The notes below the pieces were generated by a model. The model did no database searches and had not been told where the DNA came from. It saw only the letters and a program-made list of their open reading frames with translations. From IMG/VR virus record IMGVR_UViG_3300023181_000012: 49,065 nucleotides of DNA. One strand, written 5' to 3'. Source of the stretch: a virus. Positions 1 to 8,519 of the stretch are shown piece after piece. The translations under genes were made by a program, and so were the position numbers. Positions within the stretch are counted from its first letter, which is position 1, and each line of letters begins with the position of its first letter.

Positions 1-127
1 TGTAACGGAGGCAATGAAATGACCTTACTCGAAATAATGCGCCACCTCAAGGCCGACGGATGGACTCTTGAGGTCCGCCGAAACTTCTATAACAATTTCG
101 ATACTCAGTTTATCGGCGCTCTGGATG
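1..127. repeat. 127-bp exact terminal direct repeat, copy 1 (circular-closure overlap)
   Basis: Read directly: bases 1-127 (tgtaacggaggcaatgaaatgacc...ggcgctctggatg) recur exactly at 48939-49065, and the window ends inside the repeat. Confidence 0.95.
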
Positions 128-177
128 ATCTGAAATCGTCGATGGAAGAGTATGCGGAGTGGATCGAGTATTGTTAA
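19..177 (+). CDS. hypothetical protein, 52 aa (gene spans the circular junction; complete copy here)
   Basis: Hand translation gives MTLLEIMRHLKADGWTLEVRRNFYNNFDTQFIGALDDLKSSMEEYAEWIEYC*. A GGAGG Shine-Dalgarno lies 7 nt upstream of the ATG. The ORF is below the 60-aa cutoff of the track. It follows the + strand early genes ending at 48929. Confidence 0.55.
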   Translation: MTLLEIMRHLKADGWTLEVRRNFYNNFDTQFIGALDDLKSSMEEYAEWIEYC

Positions 178-599
178 GTCCCCATCCATTCCTCAATAAC
201 CGCCACCGCCTCCCGCCAGCCGCAGCAAACGCAAAACCCATAGCCGCTCCCCAACATTGCCTCACCGAACTCCAGTTGCTTAGCGCTGGCGTCGGTGGGC
301 TTTCCTCCGTGCTCTGGAGACTTCTTTAGTTCTATGAACAGCCCCGAGAGGTTGTGACGCGGAATCGGGAGGAAGATATCCGAGACCCCAGCCTTGACCC
401 CCGTGGCCTTGAGGCGGGCCCCTACGGCCATCGCCTGACCCTTATTCGAACCCCGCGATCCCCCGTTCGGAATGGCGAAGGCCCACTCGAGTAGCTCGTA
501 GTCTTGCCGGCCGGCGTTGATCTGATCCCTGATCCACGAGAAGATGGCAGTCTGCTCGCCGTCCTCGGTTCCGCTCTTGGCTAATTGTTCTGGTGACAT
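174..599 (-). CDS. VRR-NUC family (PD-(D/E)xK) nuclease
   Basis: The ORF 174..752 is trimmed to internal Met52 (MSPEQLAK...), which is preceded by AAGGAA. The motif GVSDIFLPIP...GLFIELKK matches the D...ExK catalytic core typical of VRR-NUC. Confidence 0.7.
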   Translation of the reverse strand: MSPEQLAKSGTEDGEQTAIFSWIRDQINAGRQDYELLEWAFAIPNGGSRGSNKGQAMAVGARLKATGVKAGVSDIFLPIPRHNLSGLFIELKKSPEHGGKPTDASAKQLEFGEAMLGSGYGFCVCCGWREAVAVIEEWMGT

Positions 600-789
600 A
601 TTGTTCCTTTGTGTACTTTTAGTTGAAAGTTGCTGAGTGCATATATCTTGCGAAAATGCCCCAAATTTATCGATTCCGATAATCCGATAGTTCTTCTCGA
701 TTAGTCTAGTACACCTTTTGTTCCTAACAAGTAGATTAAATCTTCTATTCACTTCTAGATAATTTCTTCTATATGTTCGATATTCAGCT

Positions 790-1092
790 CTATCCCTTAG
801 TCTATCCCGTGATCTATTCCTTTTGTTTTGATTGTAAGATATTGATTTTAAAGGATTTATATAATATAGATAGATAAATAGATATGATAGATATATATAG
901 GGGGATTAAACTATAATATAAGAGACTCATAAACATATACTATATAACATCATCTATTCAACCCCTCCCCGACCCCCGGCCTTCTATCCCCCTATCCCTT
1001 ATCCCTCTGTTTCAAAAACATATTTAGAATCAAGGGGTTAGGATCAAAACTCAAGGGATATTTAGGCCTATCCCCCGCTATCAGAGGGATAG
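790..1092. promoter_or_regulatory. iteron cluster flanking an AT-rich tract; putative replication origin or regulatory region
   Basis: CTATCCC occurs at 790, 802, 984, 992 and 1068. The inverted copy GGGATAG is at 1086. Degenerate copies are at 814, 999 and 1055. An AT-rich (TAGATA)n-like tract spans 841-960. The region is non-coding and lies between the nuclease gene start and the primase gene end. Confidence 0.45.
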
Positions 1093-1109
1093 ATTTGGGC
1101 CGGGTTTAT

Positions 1110-3419
1110 TCAGAACTGAGGGCCAATTGCGTATGCTTTCATACTATGCCCATTAGTGGCTTTCGGCAATTGGCTAATCGGAACAGGCAGAATAACTCCG
1201 GTATCAATCATTTCCTTCAGGGCCATTTCGATTGCCTTGCCATGACCCAACTTATGGCTCTTGAACGGTTCCCTTTGTTTGCAATACGAACTGATGAATG
1301 AGTAACTGATAAAGTTCGTCTCAGCAAGGATGATCGGCTGCTTTTGGTTGACCCGGGTTTTGGGTTCCATCTTGAAGTATTGATTGAGACATTTCCTCAT
1401 GACGGTTTCAAACTGCAAATCGCTGGCTTCCCCAACTTCGCCCGATTCAAATCTTGTGGTCAATATGGCGCTGGCTTTTTCAACAAAGGCAACTGCCCAT
1501 TCGGCAAGGGGTAGGGTCACTATCGGGTTGGTGAAGTTCGTAGCCACAGCACCGAGGCCAGCCAGCTTCAGGGCTTTAACATGGCTTCGATTCAGGGTTT
1601 CGGAAACTGCAGTTCGCCCGGCTTCAGCGGCTTCATTCATGCGGCGAGTCACGGCCTTATCATAATCGACAAGGTACTCTTGGGCTTCAGGGGTCATCGT
1701 GATATGTTCCACCAACTGCCGGGCTTGGAGGTCAGCCGCATGGTTCCTGATCGCCGCAAGGCTATTCACCAAAGCGGGGGGAGGGGGTTCGTTGCAGTCG
1801 TTATAATCGTTCCTCAGCCCGGTGTATTCAATTATCATTAGCCGACCGAGGAAGCCATCACGGGCGCTGGTTTCGTTGATCGTCGCATAGAAAGTGTCTG
1901 GAACCGACTCGCCAAGAATGGTCAAGTTCGGGCTTTGAATGGCCGTCATGTTGTTCTCAGCCTTAGAGTAGTTGATGGCATGATAAGTTTGCTTATCGCC
2001 ACTCTTATTATAAAGGTCCAGGTAGGCGGTCTTGATGGCAAGACTATTCGGATCGACTTTCGGGCTCAACATAATCTTGAACTCATTGGCAACTTCGCCG
2101 AGAATGGATAGGCCGCAGGGTTGAGCGATCAAGGATTTGTGGAGTCCTTGGGCCGATGCGGGTTTACCAATGACCACAGGAGTGGGGGTGGTGATCCCTT
2201 CATTGATGGCGGACTCGAGTCGACTAATGCCAGCGGCCATTCCCTCTTTGCCGGTCCCGGTTCCACCTAATGCGATGATGTATTGATTCAGACCGGTGCG
2301 GCTGATATTGAAGGCGCGGCCAGCAATGCCGGAAAGCATGGCCAGACTCGCGGCAACTGCGTATTCCTTGACTTGCCTTGGCGCAACCAGATAAATGTAG
2401 TCAGCCATCATGCCGAGCACTCCGGGCGGGTTCAACGCATCGAGTACCTTCGGCCGGATCGATGCCGGAAGTTTGGGGACCGATGGCGATCGCCGCTCAG
2501 GAATTTTAGGGATAGATGCCGGCTCGGCCAATTCGGCTTTGACCGCGGCCACTTTGTCTTCCATCGCCTGAACATCAATCGGCTGGATATCCTTACCGCG
2601 ACAGATGGTCAGTAGCCGATTGATATGGTTGTTGTCTTTCTGATACTTCTCACGCTTGCCGAGTTCGGTCATTCGGAACATGCGGCGGCATTGTTCATTG
2701 TCCTTGGAGTAAAACGCGAACATGGAAAGCAACGCCAAGTCGGCTTCAGACTGAGAAGGGAAATTGTAGTGCTGCCAATCGCCCCGGCAAAGATCGTTGA
2801 ACTTAGTTCCGTTATCGGCCGATCCGCCCATGTCGAAAATATCACCATCAGACATGTGGCCATCTTGTTGCTCAAGCACGACTTCAACGATAGGCTTCGA
2901 ACGCTCGCGGGCGGCATTCAGACCTTCATACATATTAGTCACTGCTTCGGCGTAGTCTTCAATCGGCATGTCTTTCACGACATCGCCAGTAAAGATCATC
3001 ATTCGGCCCCATGAGTACAACTCGATGTTGCCAAAGTTAATACCGATAGGTACTTCGCCCTTGACGACACAGTGATAACCAGTTGCCGAAATGGATCGCT
3101 CGATATATGAATCGATACCCTCCAGAATTTGGTTATGAATCTCCAACTGCGCAGGGGTCGCCGGATTATGCGGCTTATTGTCCAAGTCGATGATTGCGTA
3201 TTCATCTTCCTTGGTCAGCACGAAACCCGGGATGCGGCCATTAGCTGTTGCTTCTTCGAAAGTACCCCATGTGCCGCGGTCATTGACTTTGGCCGGCGTA
3301 TGGGTGAAACGAGGGTTCAGCGGCGATTTTTTGGGCAAGCCGTCTTCGTCATCAATTGACATATCGACAGAGACCCACTGAGGAAGCGCGCGCAGTTCCG
3401 CAGGGATATTATTGTGCAT
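1110..3419 (-). CDS. bifunctional primase-polymerase (prim-pol) with PriCT-like domain, fused to a P-loop NTPase (putative replicative helicase)
   Basis: 769-aa ORF. The N-terminus (LPQWV..., IIDLDNK, GYHCVVKG, ELYSWGRMMIFTG) resembles prim-pol domains. FPSQSEADLALLSMFAFYS resembles a primase C-terminal (PriCT) motif. A Walker A motif, GGTGTGKE, sits in the C-terminal half. Confidence 0.8.
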   Translation of the reverse strand: MHNNIPAELRALPQWVSVDMSIDDEDGLPKKSPLNPRFTHTPAKVNDRGTWGTFEEATANGRIPGFVLTKEDEYAIIDLDNKPHNPATPAQLEIHNQILEGIDSYIERSISATGYHCVVKGEVPIGINFGNIELYSWGRMMIFTGDVVKDMPIEDYAEAVTNMYEGLNAARERSKPIVEVVLEQQDGHMSDGDIFDMGGSADNGTKFNDLCRGDWQHYNFPSQSEADLALLSMFAFYSKDNEQCRRMFRMTELGKREKYQKDNNHINRLLTICRGKDIQPIDVQAMEDKVAAVKAELAEPASIPKIPERRSPSVPKLPASIRPKVLDALNPPGVLGMMADYIYLVAPRQVKEYAVAASLAMLSGIAGRAFNISRTGLNQYIIALGGTGTGKEGMAAGISRLESAINEGITTPTPVVIGKPASAQGLHKSLIAQPCGLSILGEVANEFKIMLSPKVDPNSLAIKTAYLDLYNKSGDKQTYHAINYSKAENNMTAIQSPNLTILGESVPDTFYATINETSARDGFLGRLMIIEYTGLRNDYNDCNEPPPPALVNSLAAIRNHAADLQARQLVEHITMTPEAQEYLVDYDKAVTRRMNEAAEAGRTAVSETLNRSHVKALKLAGLGAVATNFTNPIVTLPLAEWAVAFVEKASAILTTRFESGEVGEASDLQFETVMRKCLNQYFKMEPKTRVNQKQPIILAETNFISYSFISSYCKQREPFKSHKLGHGKAIEMALKEMIDTGVILPVPISQLPKATNGHSMKAYAIGPQF

Positions 3420-3634
3420 TAGTTAATCTCCAATTTCTTTCCCGACAGATGTTCATACAACTTAATAGTGCGACTCACGGCCGGATCGATGCCGATATTC
3501 CAGCGAACGGACTGTACCCAGTAAATAGGCAAGCCGGTTTCCTGAGCGATCAGGGCAGGACTCTTTCCGCATGAGCCGAGTAATTCAATGGTCTTTTGCA
3601 GCAATGGGCAATCGACCGGTTCTTTAGTGCGCAT
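3419..3634 (-). CDS. small helix-turn-helix DNA-binding protein (Cro/excisionase-like size)
   Basis: 71-aa ORF. Its stop overlaps the primase start (TAATG). KSPALIAQETGLPIYWVQSVRWN looks like an HTH. It is the first gene of the leftward unit. Confidence 0.55.
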   Translation of the reverse strand: MRTKEPVDCPLLQKTIELLGSCGKSPALIAQETGLPIYWVQSVRWNIGIDPAVSRTIKLYEHLSGKKLEIN

Positions 3635-3771
3635 ATGTCCTCCGGGTTAGTCATTCTATAGAGCCATTATATATTAGTTTTGATTGTCATCACCCATAAA
3701 ATTCTGTTGAATATATTAGAGGATGCTATATAATAGAGTCATTGGAGTTAAACACGAACAGGGGAAATGAA
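3635..3771. promoter_or_regulatory. divergent early promoter region
   Basis: On the + strand, TTGAAT (3707-3712) is followed after 16 nt by TATAAT (3729-3734), then AGAGTCAT. On the - strand a TATAAT is seen as attata at 3666-3671. The region is AT-rich and non-coding. Confidence 0.55.
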
Positions 3772-3948
3772 ATGACCTACATTGTTAGATTTTATCATCG
3801 CGATGAATATGAAACGGATCAAGAATTGTTTTATTCTGATGCCGGGGGTGAATGCGTAGCCGATGCGTTGAAAAGAGCCGATATGGCATATCTGCAAGCC
3901 GGTCACGATTTCTCTCTGATTAACCGCATAACGATCGATATGGAGTAA
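3772..3948 (+). CDS. hypothetical protein (58 aa)
   Basis: ATG at 3772 is preceded by AGGGGA. The track ORF starts upstream at a TTG. Confidence 0.55.
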   Translation: MTYIVRFYHRDEYETDQELFYSDAGGECVADALKRADMAYLQAGHDFSLINRITIDME

Positions 3949-3950
3949 TC

Positions 3951-4136
3951 ATGGCAGGTATAAATCGCATCCTCACGACCAACATCAAATCGGGTTTGGT
4001 TCGTGATCTGGACGAGGAAAAGTTCGACATGGCTTACGAAGAAGCCTATGATCAACTCAAAGCTGAACTCGGCGAGACCCCGACCGAAAGGGCGATCGTA
4101 GAACGTGCTTATGAAATCATCACAAAGGTGAAATAA
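3951..4136 (+). CDS. hypothetical protein (61 aa)
   Basis: ORF with a GGAG RBS, tightly packed with its neighbours. Confidence 0.6.
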   Translation: MAGINRILTTNIKSGLVRDLDEEKFDMAYEEAYDQLKAELGETPTERAIVERAYEIITKVK

Positions 4137-4321
4137 TGTCGAAACAATTCATGACCCCGGAAGACGTAGTGATTCAGGAGTTGCGGGCTCAGGTCGAAGT
4201 TATGACTAAAGCTTTGCAACATATCGCGAAGAAACCTAAAACCATGGACGAAGCCTACAACGGTGATCGTCTCCGCATTATAGCTAGGGAAGTTTTGGAC
4301 AAGTATAAAAAGGTGAAGTGA
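4136..4321 (+). CDS. hypothetical protein (61 aa)
   Basis: AAGGTGA RBS. The start overlaps the preceding stop (TAATG). Confidence 0.6.
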   Translation: MSKQFMTPEDVVIQELRAQVEVMTKALQHIAKKPKTMDEAYNGDRLRIIAREVLDKYKKVK

Positions 4322-4512
4322 TGCCCAAGACTCCCAAAACTGTCATCGTTCACAAATGGGTTCCAGACTATACCCGGAAATGTGAATGCTGCGGGACTTC
4401 CCCGGTGGTGACTGGGGAAACTGAAGGTAAAGTAGTCTATAAAGGTACCATGTGCGGCGTCTGCACATGGGGCGAATCAAAACTGGCTGATCCTGACAAT
4501 TGGAATGAATAA
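4321..4512 (+). CDS. hypothetical zinc-ribbon protein (63 aa)
   Basis: Two Cys pairs are present (CECCG ... CGVC). The start overlaps the upstream stop (TGATG), and AAGGTG lies upstream. Confidence 0.6.
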   Translation: MPKTPKTVIVHKWVPDYTRKCECCGTSPVVTGETEGKVVYKGTMCGVCTWGESKLADPDNWNE

Positions 4513-4729
4513 CATGGCTCTGTTTAGAAATTTCCTCAATACTCAACGTTGGATGAATCCGCGCCTTATCCCGAAGGCGCCAGGATTCAAGTTTCGCGCC
4601 CGGCTTAAGGATGGCCGCTCAGTCAACTGCGAAACCTGGCGCAAGGAGTTTGCAATCGCAATTTCCGTACGTTCGGATGAAGTTCCGGGTTTGAAGTTCG
4701 AAGACATCGATTCATGGGTTGGGTTCTGA
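4505..4729 (+). CDS. hypothetical protein (74 aa)
   Basis: ORF in the same operon. The start is ambiguous (ATG at 4505 or 4514). Confidence 0.5.
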   Translation: MNNMALFRNFLNTQRWMNPRLIPKAPGFKFRARLKDGRSVNCETWRKEFAIAISVRSDEVPGLKFEDIDSWVGF

Positions 4730-4730
4730 T

Positions 4731-4940
4731 ATGACTATCAAAATGATATTCGAAAAAGTAGAAACTGATACCGGTGGCTATTGGGAACGTGCCAAAGTAC
4801 CCGGTGGCTGGTTGATCCGCGAAACTCAGGAAGTTTGTCAAGATTTGACTGCCCACGGTCGCGGTATGATGGAGTCAGGTTGGCAGTGGCGCACAGCTTT
4901 GGTGTTCATTCCTGATCCGAACCATGAATGGGTGGACTGA
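4731..4940 (+). CDS. hypothetical protein (69 aa)
   Basis: ATG lies 1 nt after the upstream stop. The track ORF begins at an upstream TTG. Confidence 0.5.
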   Translation: MTIKMIFEKVETDTGGYWERAKVPGGWLIRETQEVCQDLTAHGRGMMESGWQWRTALVFIPDPNHEWVD

Positions 4941-4970
4941 GAAGTCTTAAAACATCGTGAAATAAACCGA

Positions 4971-4990
4971 ATTCTGTTCTATAATTAGAC
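4971..4990 (+). promoter_or_regulatory. predicted promoter (TATAAT at 4980-4985)
   Basis: attctgttcTATAATtagac. The ATTCTGTT...ATTAGA context also occurs at 3701-3720. It lies 30 nt upstream of the RBS of the next gene. Confidence 0.45.
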
Positions 4991-5021
4991 ATCATCAATC
5001 GAAACATAAACGGAGAAAATC

Positions 5022-5543
5022 ATGGCCCAAGACGAAACCCTGAAAGTTGAACTGACCCCGGAAGAGAAAGAAGAAGCCCGGGTCAAGGCCGAAGCGACTG
5101 TTGCCGAATGGTTCGACGCAGCAGCAAAGCTGGCGGTCCTGAAAGAACAGGAAATGAACCTGCGCAATGAAGTGGTTCGCTACTACTTCCCGAACGGCCT
5201 GAAAGAAGGTACGAACAAAGCCGATCTGCCTGAAGGATGGGGCATGACCGTCACCGGCGTTATCAATCGCAAGATCGATGTTGCGGTCAAGGACGCCGTC
5301 CATGCTCAACTGGTGGAGGAATTCCAGTTCGATTCCGGCGAAGCCATCAAGTATAAGCCGGAGCTCGATGTCCCGGTTTATCGCCTGATGCAGAAAGCCG
5401 TGATCGAAACTACCGGCGATAATCAAGAGAAGGCCCGCCGCTTCCTGAAGCTGTTCGAGTCGATGTTGATCGTGACGGATGGATCACCACAGGTCAAGCT
5501 GACCGAGCCGAAGAAGCCTAAAGCCAAAGTGAGCACCGTATGA
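5022..5543 (+). CDS. hypothetical protein (173 aa), acidic coiled-coil N-terminus
   Basis: ORF with a GGAG RBS. No family was recognised. Confidence 0.7.
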   Translation: MAQDETLKVELTPEEKEEARVKAEATVAEWFDAAAKLAVLKEQEMNLRNEVVRYYFPNGLKEGTNKADLPEGWGMTVTGVINRKIDVAVKDAVHAQLVEEFQFDSGEAIKYKPELDVPVYRLMQKAVIETTGDNQEKARRFLKLFESMLIVTDGSPQVKLTEPKKPKAKVSTV

Positions 5544-5746
5544 TTACCGACTACGCCGGTGTTATCGACGGTCTTTCCGCGATTCTTCGTGAAGAAATGT
5601 CCCGTCTCAGCCGCGAGGAAACTCAACCTTCCCGCGACCCCGATCAATCTGACGATTACATCAAGTCGCAACGTACCAAAGTAAGCAAACTTCGCGCAAT
5701 CCGCGAAGAACTTGAAATCATCGCAACCAAGTCGACGGCGGTCTAA
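5540..5746 (+). CDS. hypothetical protein (68 aa)
   Basis: ATGA start/stop overlap with the upstream gene. Confidence 0.55.
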   Translation: MITDYAGVIDGLSAILREEMSRLSREETQPSRDPDQSDDYIKSQRTKVSKLRAIREELEIIATKSTAV

Positions 5747-5747
5747 T

Positions 5748-5984
5748 ATGAAATTCGACGAACTGGAAGATAAGTGCCGGCCTTTGGAAGCAGTAATACT
5801 TTCTGCTTCCAAAATGATAATCGGCTACCAAAGCATGTTCGACGCAGCCGGGATATCAGGCGATTATGTCGAAATGGACCGCTACCGCGAAATGATGAAA
5901 ACTCAAATCGACATTCAGTGCGATGCGAAAATTTCTCAGTTTCGCCTGATTAACCAGTGGAAGAAGGAAGGGGCAGGACGATGA
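5748..5984 (+). CDS. hypothetical protein (78 aa)
   Basis: ATG lies 2 nt after the upstream stop. Confidence 0.5.
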   Translation: MKFDELEDKCRPLEAVILSASKMIIGYQSMFDAAGISGDYVEMDRYREMMKTQIDIQCDAKISQFRLINQWKKEGAGR

Positions 5985-6247
5985 GTAAGAAAGACAAAAA
6001 CTTCTGGCTCGGCGTCCTGGCGTTCTTCTTGCTCTATACCTTCCTGTCATCATGGATGCAAAAGAGCGACGAAGAAGCCAAGGAAGCCGAAGCTTTCGGG
6101 AACGGCGTCGCTCAAGGTATCGCGATGGAAGTCAAACTCAACAAAGCTCGTAGCGCTAGCAATGCACTCGAGTGGTGGGTTGGCTCCGACGAAATCGGGG
6201 CGGTCCGTGAACGTCTCTGCCGCAACTACTATCCAAAGGTGAAATAA
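5981..6247 (+). CDS. hypothetical membrane-anchored protein (88 aa)
   Basis: ATGA overlap with the upstream gene. The N-terminal segment FWLGVLAFFLLYTFLSSW is hydrophobic. Confidence 0.55.
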   Translation: MSKKDKNFWLGVLAFFLLYTFLSSWMQKSDEEAKEAEAFGNGVAQGIAMEVKLNKARSASNALEWWVGSDEIGAVRERLCRNYYPKVK

Positions 6248-6528
6248 TGAAAATTTCTGACTTGTATAAAAAGATCGACAGCCTTAAAACCAAACGCCAT
6301 CGCTTGAAAAAGGCGATGGAATATGTCCGCGTCTTCGAATACGAAACCCCGAAGCCGGCTGTTGGTGAAAAGACGACGCCTATCATGGTCGTCAGCGACT
6401 GGTTCGACTGCCCGATTGATGTTGCAGTGACAATGATGCAAACGATCGTCCTTGTCTTACGTGCCGAATGTCAGAACCTAGCCGAAGAACTGGGCGTCGA
6501 GCACGAAGAACTTCCACTGGACGAATAA
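6247..6528 (+). CDS. hypothetical protein (93 aa)
   Basis: AAGGTGA RBS and a TAATG overlap. Confidence 0.6.
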   Translation: MKISDLYKKIDSLKTKRHRLKKAMEYVRVFEYETPKPAVGEKTTPIMVVSDWFDCPIDVAVTMMQTIVLVLRAECQNLAEELGVEHEELPLDE

Positions 6529-6530
6529 TC

Positions 6531-6785
6531 ATGAGCCACAAACCTGATTGTAATCTATGGATGCCGGGGACTGCTGGGACCGACGCCGATTACTGCAACT
6601 GTCATGAATTACCGGAGTTGATCCAACCTGAACATGTGGCCATCGATAAACCTCGTCCCGAATTCTTGGACCTAGCCCTGAAATGCGGCGCTGATTTGAC
6701 TGGAAAGCCCGATGGTTACGAAGCAGTAACTGTCGTCTTTTCGATTGAAGCTTGGGCAAAGTTCGATCTGGCCAATCGAAAATAA
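6531..6785 (+). CDS. hypothetical protein (84 aa)
   Basis: ATG lies 2 nt after the upstream stop. The track ORF extends upstream in an Arg-rich, unlikely leader. Confidence 0.5.
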   Translation: MSHKPDCNLWMPGTAGTDADYCNCHELPELIQPEHVAIDKPRPEFLDLALKCGADLTGKPDGYEAVTVVFSIEAWAKFDLANRK

Positions 6786-6794
6786 CCACAAGAA

Positions 6795-6830
6795 AAGCTG
6801 AGTATTCTAGCAGGACTTTGATATAATAGG
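6795..6830 (+). promoter_or_regulatory. predicted promoter (TATAAT at 6822-6827)
   Basis: ttgaTATAATAGgatac matches the recurring TATAATAG motif. It is intergenic, upstream of the recombination module. Confidence 0.5.
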
Positions 6831-6851
6831 ATACTCAACCAAGGGGATAAC

Positions 6852-7583
6852 ATGGCACTTGAATTTACTACAACCGAGGAACTGACCGATGTCTCCGGCA
6901 TCAAGGTTCTGGCATACTCGGAATCGGGAGCCGGTAAAACGGTACTCTGCGCGACTGCCCCGGCTCCGATTATGCTGATGGCTGAAGGGGGTGCTCTGTC
7001 GTTGCGCGAAGCCAACCTGAAACGCATCTTCGGGGATGATCTGGAAGCGGCCGGCATCACCTCCAACATCCCAACGATCATCATCAGTACCGTCAAGGAT
7101 TTGGAAGACGCATACGAGTGGTTGACCTCGGCCAAGGAAATGGAACAGTTCGAAACCATCTGCCTTGACTCCTTCACGGAGATTGCCGAGAAAGTTCTGG
7201 TCAATGCCAAGCGGCTGGCCAAAGACCCTCGTCAGGCTTACGGGGATATGGCAGAAAAGATGATCGAACTTGCTAAGAAGTTCCGGGATATCCCCGGCAA
7301 GAATGTCGTCTTTCTGGCAAAGATGGAAAAGAGCAAAGATGAAGTATCGGGCATCATGTTGTATGGTCCAATGATGCCGGGTAAACAAACCGGACCACAG
7401 TTGCCGTACCTTTTTGATGAAGTTTTTCGTATGGGGGTGGGGAAAGAAAAAGACGGAACAATTTACCGGTTCGTTCAGACCGGAGCAGATATGCAGTACA
7501 CAGCGAAGGACCGTTCGGGGGCACTCGACCCGATTGAATACCCCCACTTGGGGATGATCTTTAACAAAATCAAAGGAATATAA
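6852..7583 (+). CDS. RecA-fold ATPase, AAA_24 / Sak4-like single-strand annealing protein
   Basis: Walker A motif SESGAGKT is present. The Walker B-like ICLDSFTEI and the overall pattern are typical of phage AAA_24 proteins. The gene is immediately followed by a DUF669-like gene, as is usual for this family. Confidence 0.75.
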   Translation: MALEFTTTEELTDVSGIKVLAYSESGAGKTVLCATAPAPIMLMAEGGALSLREANLKRIFGDDLEAAGITSNIPTIIISTVKDLEDAYEWLTSAKEMEQFETICLDSFTEIAEKVLVNAKRLAKDPRQAYGDMAEKMIELAKKFRDIPGKNVVFLAKMEKSKDEVSGIMLYGPMMPGKQTGPQLPYLFDEVFRMGVGKEKDGTIYRFVQTGADMQYTAKDRSGALDPIEYPHLGMIFNKIKGI

Positions 7584-7585
7584 TC

Positions 7586-8458
7586 ATGGCAAAGCTCGGA
7601 ATTGACTTTAGTACCGTTACCGCATCGGCAGGCCGCATGCCCGCTATCCCGACCGGCTGGCAAAATGTCCAGATCATCGAGACCGAACACAAGCCGTCGT
7701 CGAATCATGCGAGCACCGGTAACGAACTGATCGCCATCAAAGTCGAAGTGATCGACGGCCCCCATGCCGGCCGCGTTCTGTACAAAACCTTCAACTACAA
7801 GAACACCAACCAGCAAGCGCAGGACATCGGCTGGGGTGAAATGAAAGCCGTCAACGAGGCCACCGGCACCGACGGTGAAGACACCGACGACTGGATCAAC
7901 AAGCCGCTGAAAATGTACATCAAGTTCAAGCCGGCGAAGAAAATGCCAGACGCCGAAGACGGTACGCCGGGCAAGGAATACGCCGAAGGCAACGACATCG
8001 ACGGCTTCAAGTCCATCGACGACACCTCGGTCGAAGTCAACCATGCAGTCCCCGGCGTTTCCGGCGGCCAGACCGTCAGCGTCGCCCCATCCTTCAACAA
8101 GGGCGCCGGCTCGCCAGTCCCAACCGTCGGCAAGCTGGCTCCGGGCGCAGCAAAACCTGCCCCAGCCGCCGCGGTAGCTAAAGCCGCACCGAAACCGGCC
8201 GTCCCGGCCAAACCTGCACCGAAGCCAGTACCGGCCAAACCGAAGACCGAAAAAGTCTTCCAGATGACCGAAAAGGCACAAGGCGCCACCGAAGAAGCCT
8301 TCCAGGCCGACGACCCTGACTGGACCCGTGAGTTGCTGGTGCAGGAAGGCTACGCCGAATGGGTCGAAGTAGCAGTCGAAGTCGCTGCCGAAGAAACCCC
8401 GACCGCCGCCGAAACGCCAGCAGTTCCCGGCAAGAAAAAAGCTCCTTGGGAAAAGTAA
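7586..8458 (+). CDS. DUF669-like ssDNA-binding protein with Ala/Pro/Lys-rich linker and acidic tail
   Basis: The N-terminal ~130 aa resemble DUF669 (IPTGWQNVQI..., LIAIKVEVIDGPHAGR). A low-complexity tract (KPAPAAAVAKAAPKPAVPAKPAPKPVPAKPK) follows. Confidence 0.6.
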   Translation: MAKLGIDFSTVTASAGRMPAIPTGWQNVQIIETEHKPSSNHASTGNELIAIKVEVIDGPHAGRVLYKTFNYKNTNQQAQDIGWGEMKAVNEATGTDGEDTDDWINKPLKMYIKFKPAKKMPDAEDGTPGKEYAEGNDIDGFKSIDDTSVEVNHAVPGVSGGQTVSVAPSFNKGAGSPVPTVGKLAPGAAKPAPAAAVAKAAPKPAVPAKPAPKPVPAKPKTEKVFQMTEKAQGATEEAFQADDPDWTRELLVQEGYAEWVEVAVEVAAEETPTAAETPAVPGKKKAPWEK

Positions 8459-8481
8459 TACCAAAGTAGCTTGTTAATCAG

Positions 8482-8506
8482 ACAGCCCATTCGTGGGCTG
8501 TTTTTC
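8482..8506 (+). terminator. rho-independent terminator/attenuator
   Basis: ACAGCCCA-ttcg-TGGGCTGT forms an 8-bp stem, followed by TTTT. Confidence 0.7.
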
Positions 8507-8519
8507 ACTGGAGATTGGT

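Noticed and set aside
1-127. Terminal repeat as a biological direct terminal repeat (T7-like DTR)
   Set aside because: A gene reads through the junction. The length equals a standard maximal assembler k-mer. No terminase-site features are evident. It is treated as circular-closure overlap unless read-terminus data say otherwise.
1095-3574. Multiple 60-130-aa ORFs on both strands within the prim-pol gene (for example 1384..1665, 2283..2615, 2625..3014, 3129..3359)
   Set aside because: They are nested in or antisense to a 769-aa ORF with clear primase and P-loop motifs, and they have no independent support.
3761-3780. Similarity between the translation-initiation regions ggggaaatgaaATGaccta (3761-3780) and ggcaatgaaATGacctta (10-27)
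   Set aside because: This is a short match limited to the RBS and start context, and the downstream proteins are unrelated. It is probably coincidental or reflects a preferred initiation context, not a repeat element.
8100-8260. Repetitive nucleotide pattern (ccggc.aaacc.gcacc) that might be mistaken for a repeat array
   Set aside because: It is in frame within the SSB-like gene and encodes an imperfect (K/A)P(A/V) low-complexity linker. There is no repeat-spacer architecture, so it is not a CRISPR array.
7475-8464. 329-aa ORF on the - strand opposite the DUF669/SSB-like gene
   Set aside because: This is a shadow ORF in a GC-rich, low-complexity (Ala/Pro/Lys codon) region. The product is Gly/Arg/Phe-rich nonsense-like sequence with no RBS, and it is antisense to a well-supported operon.
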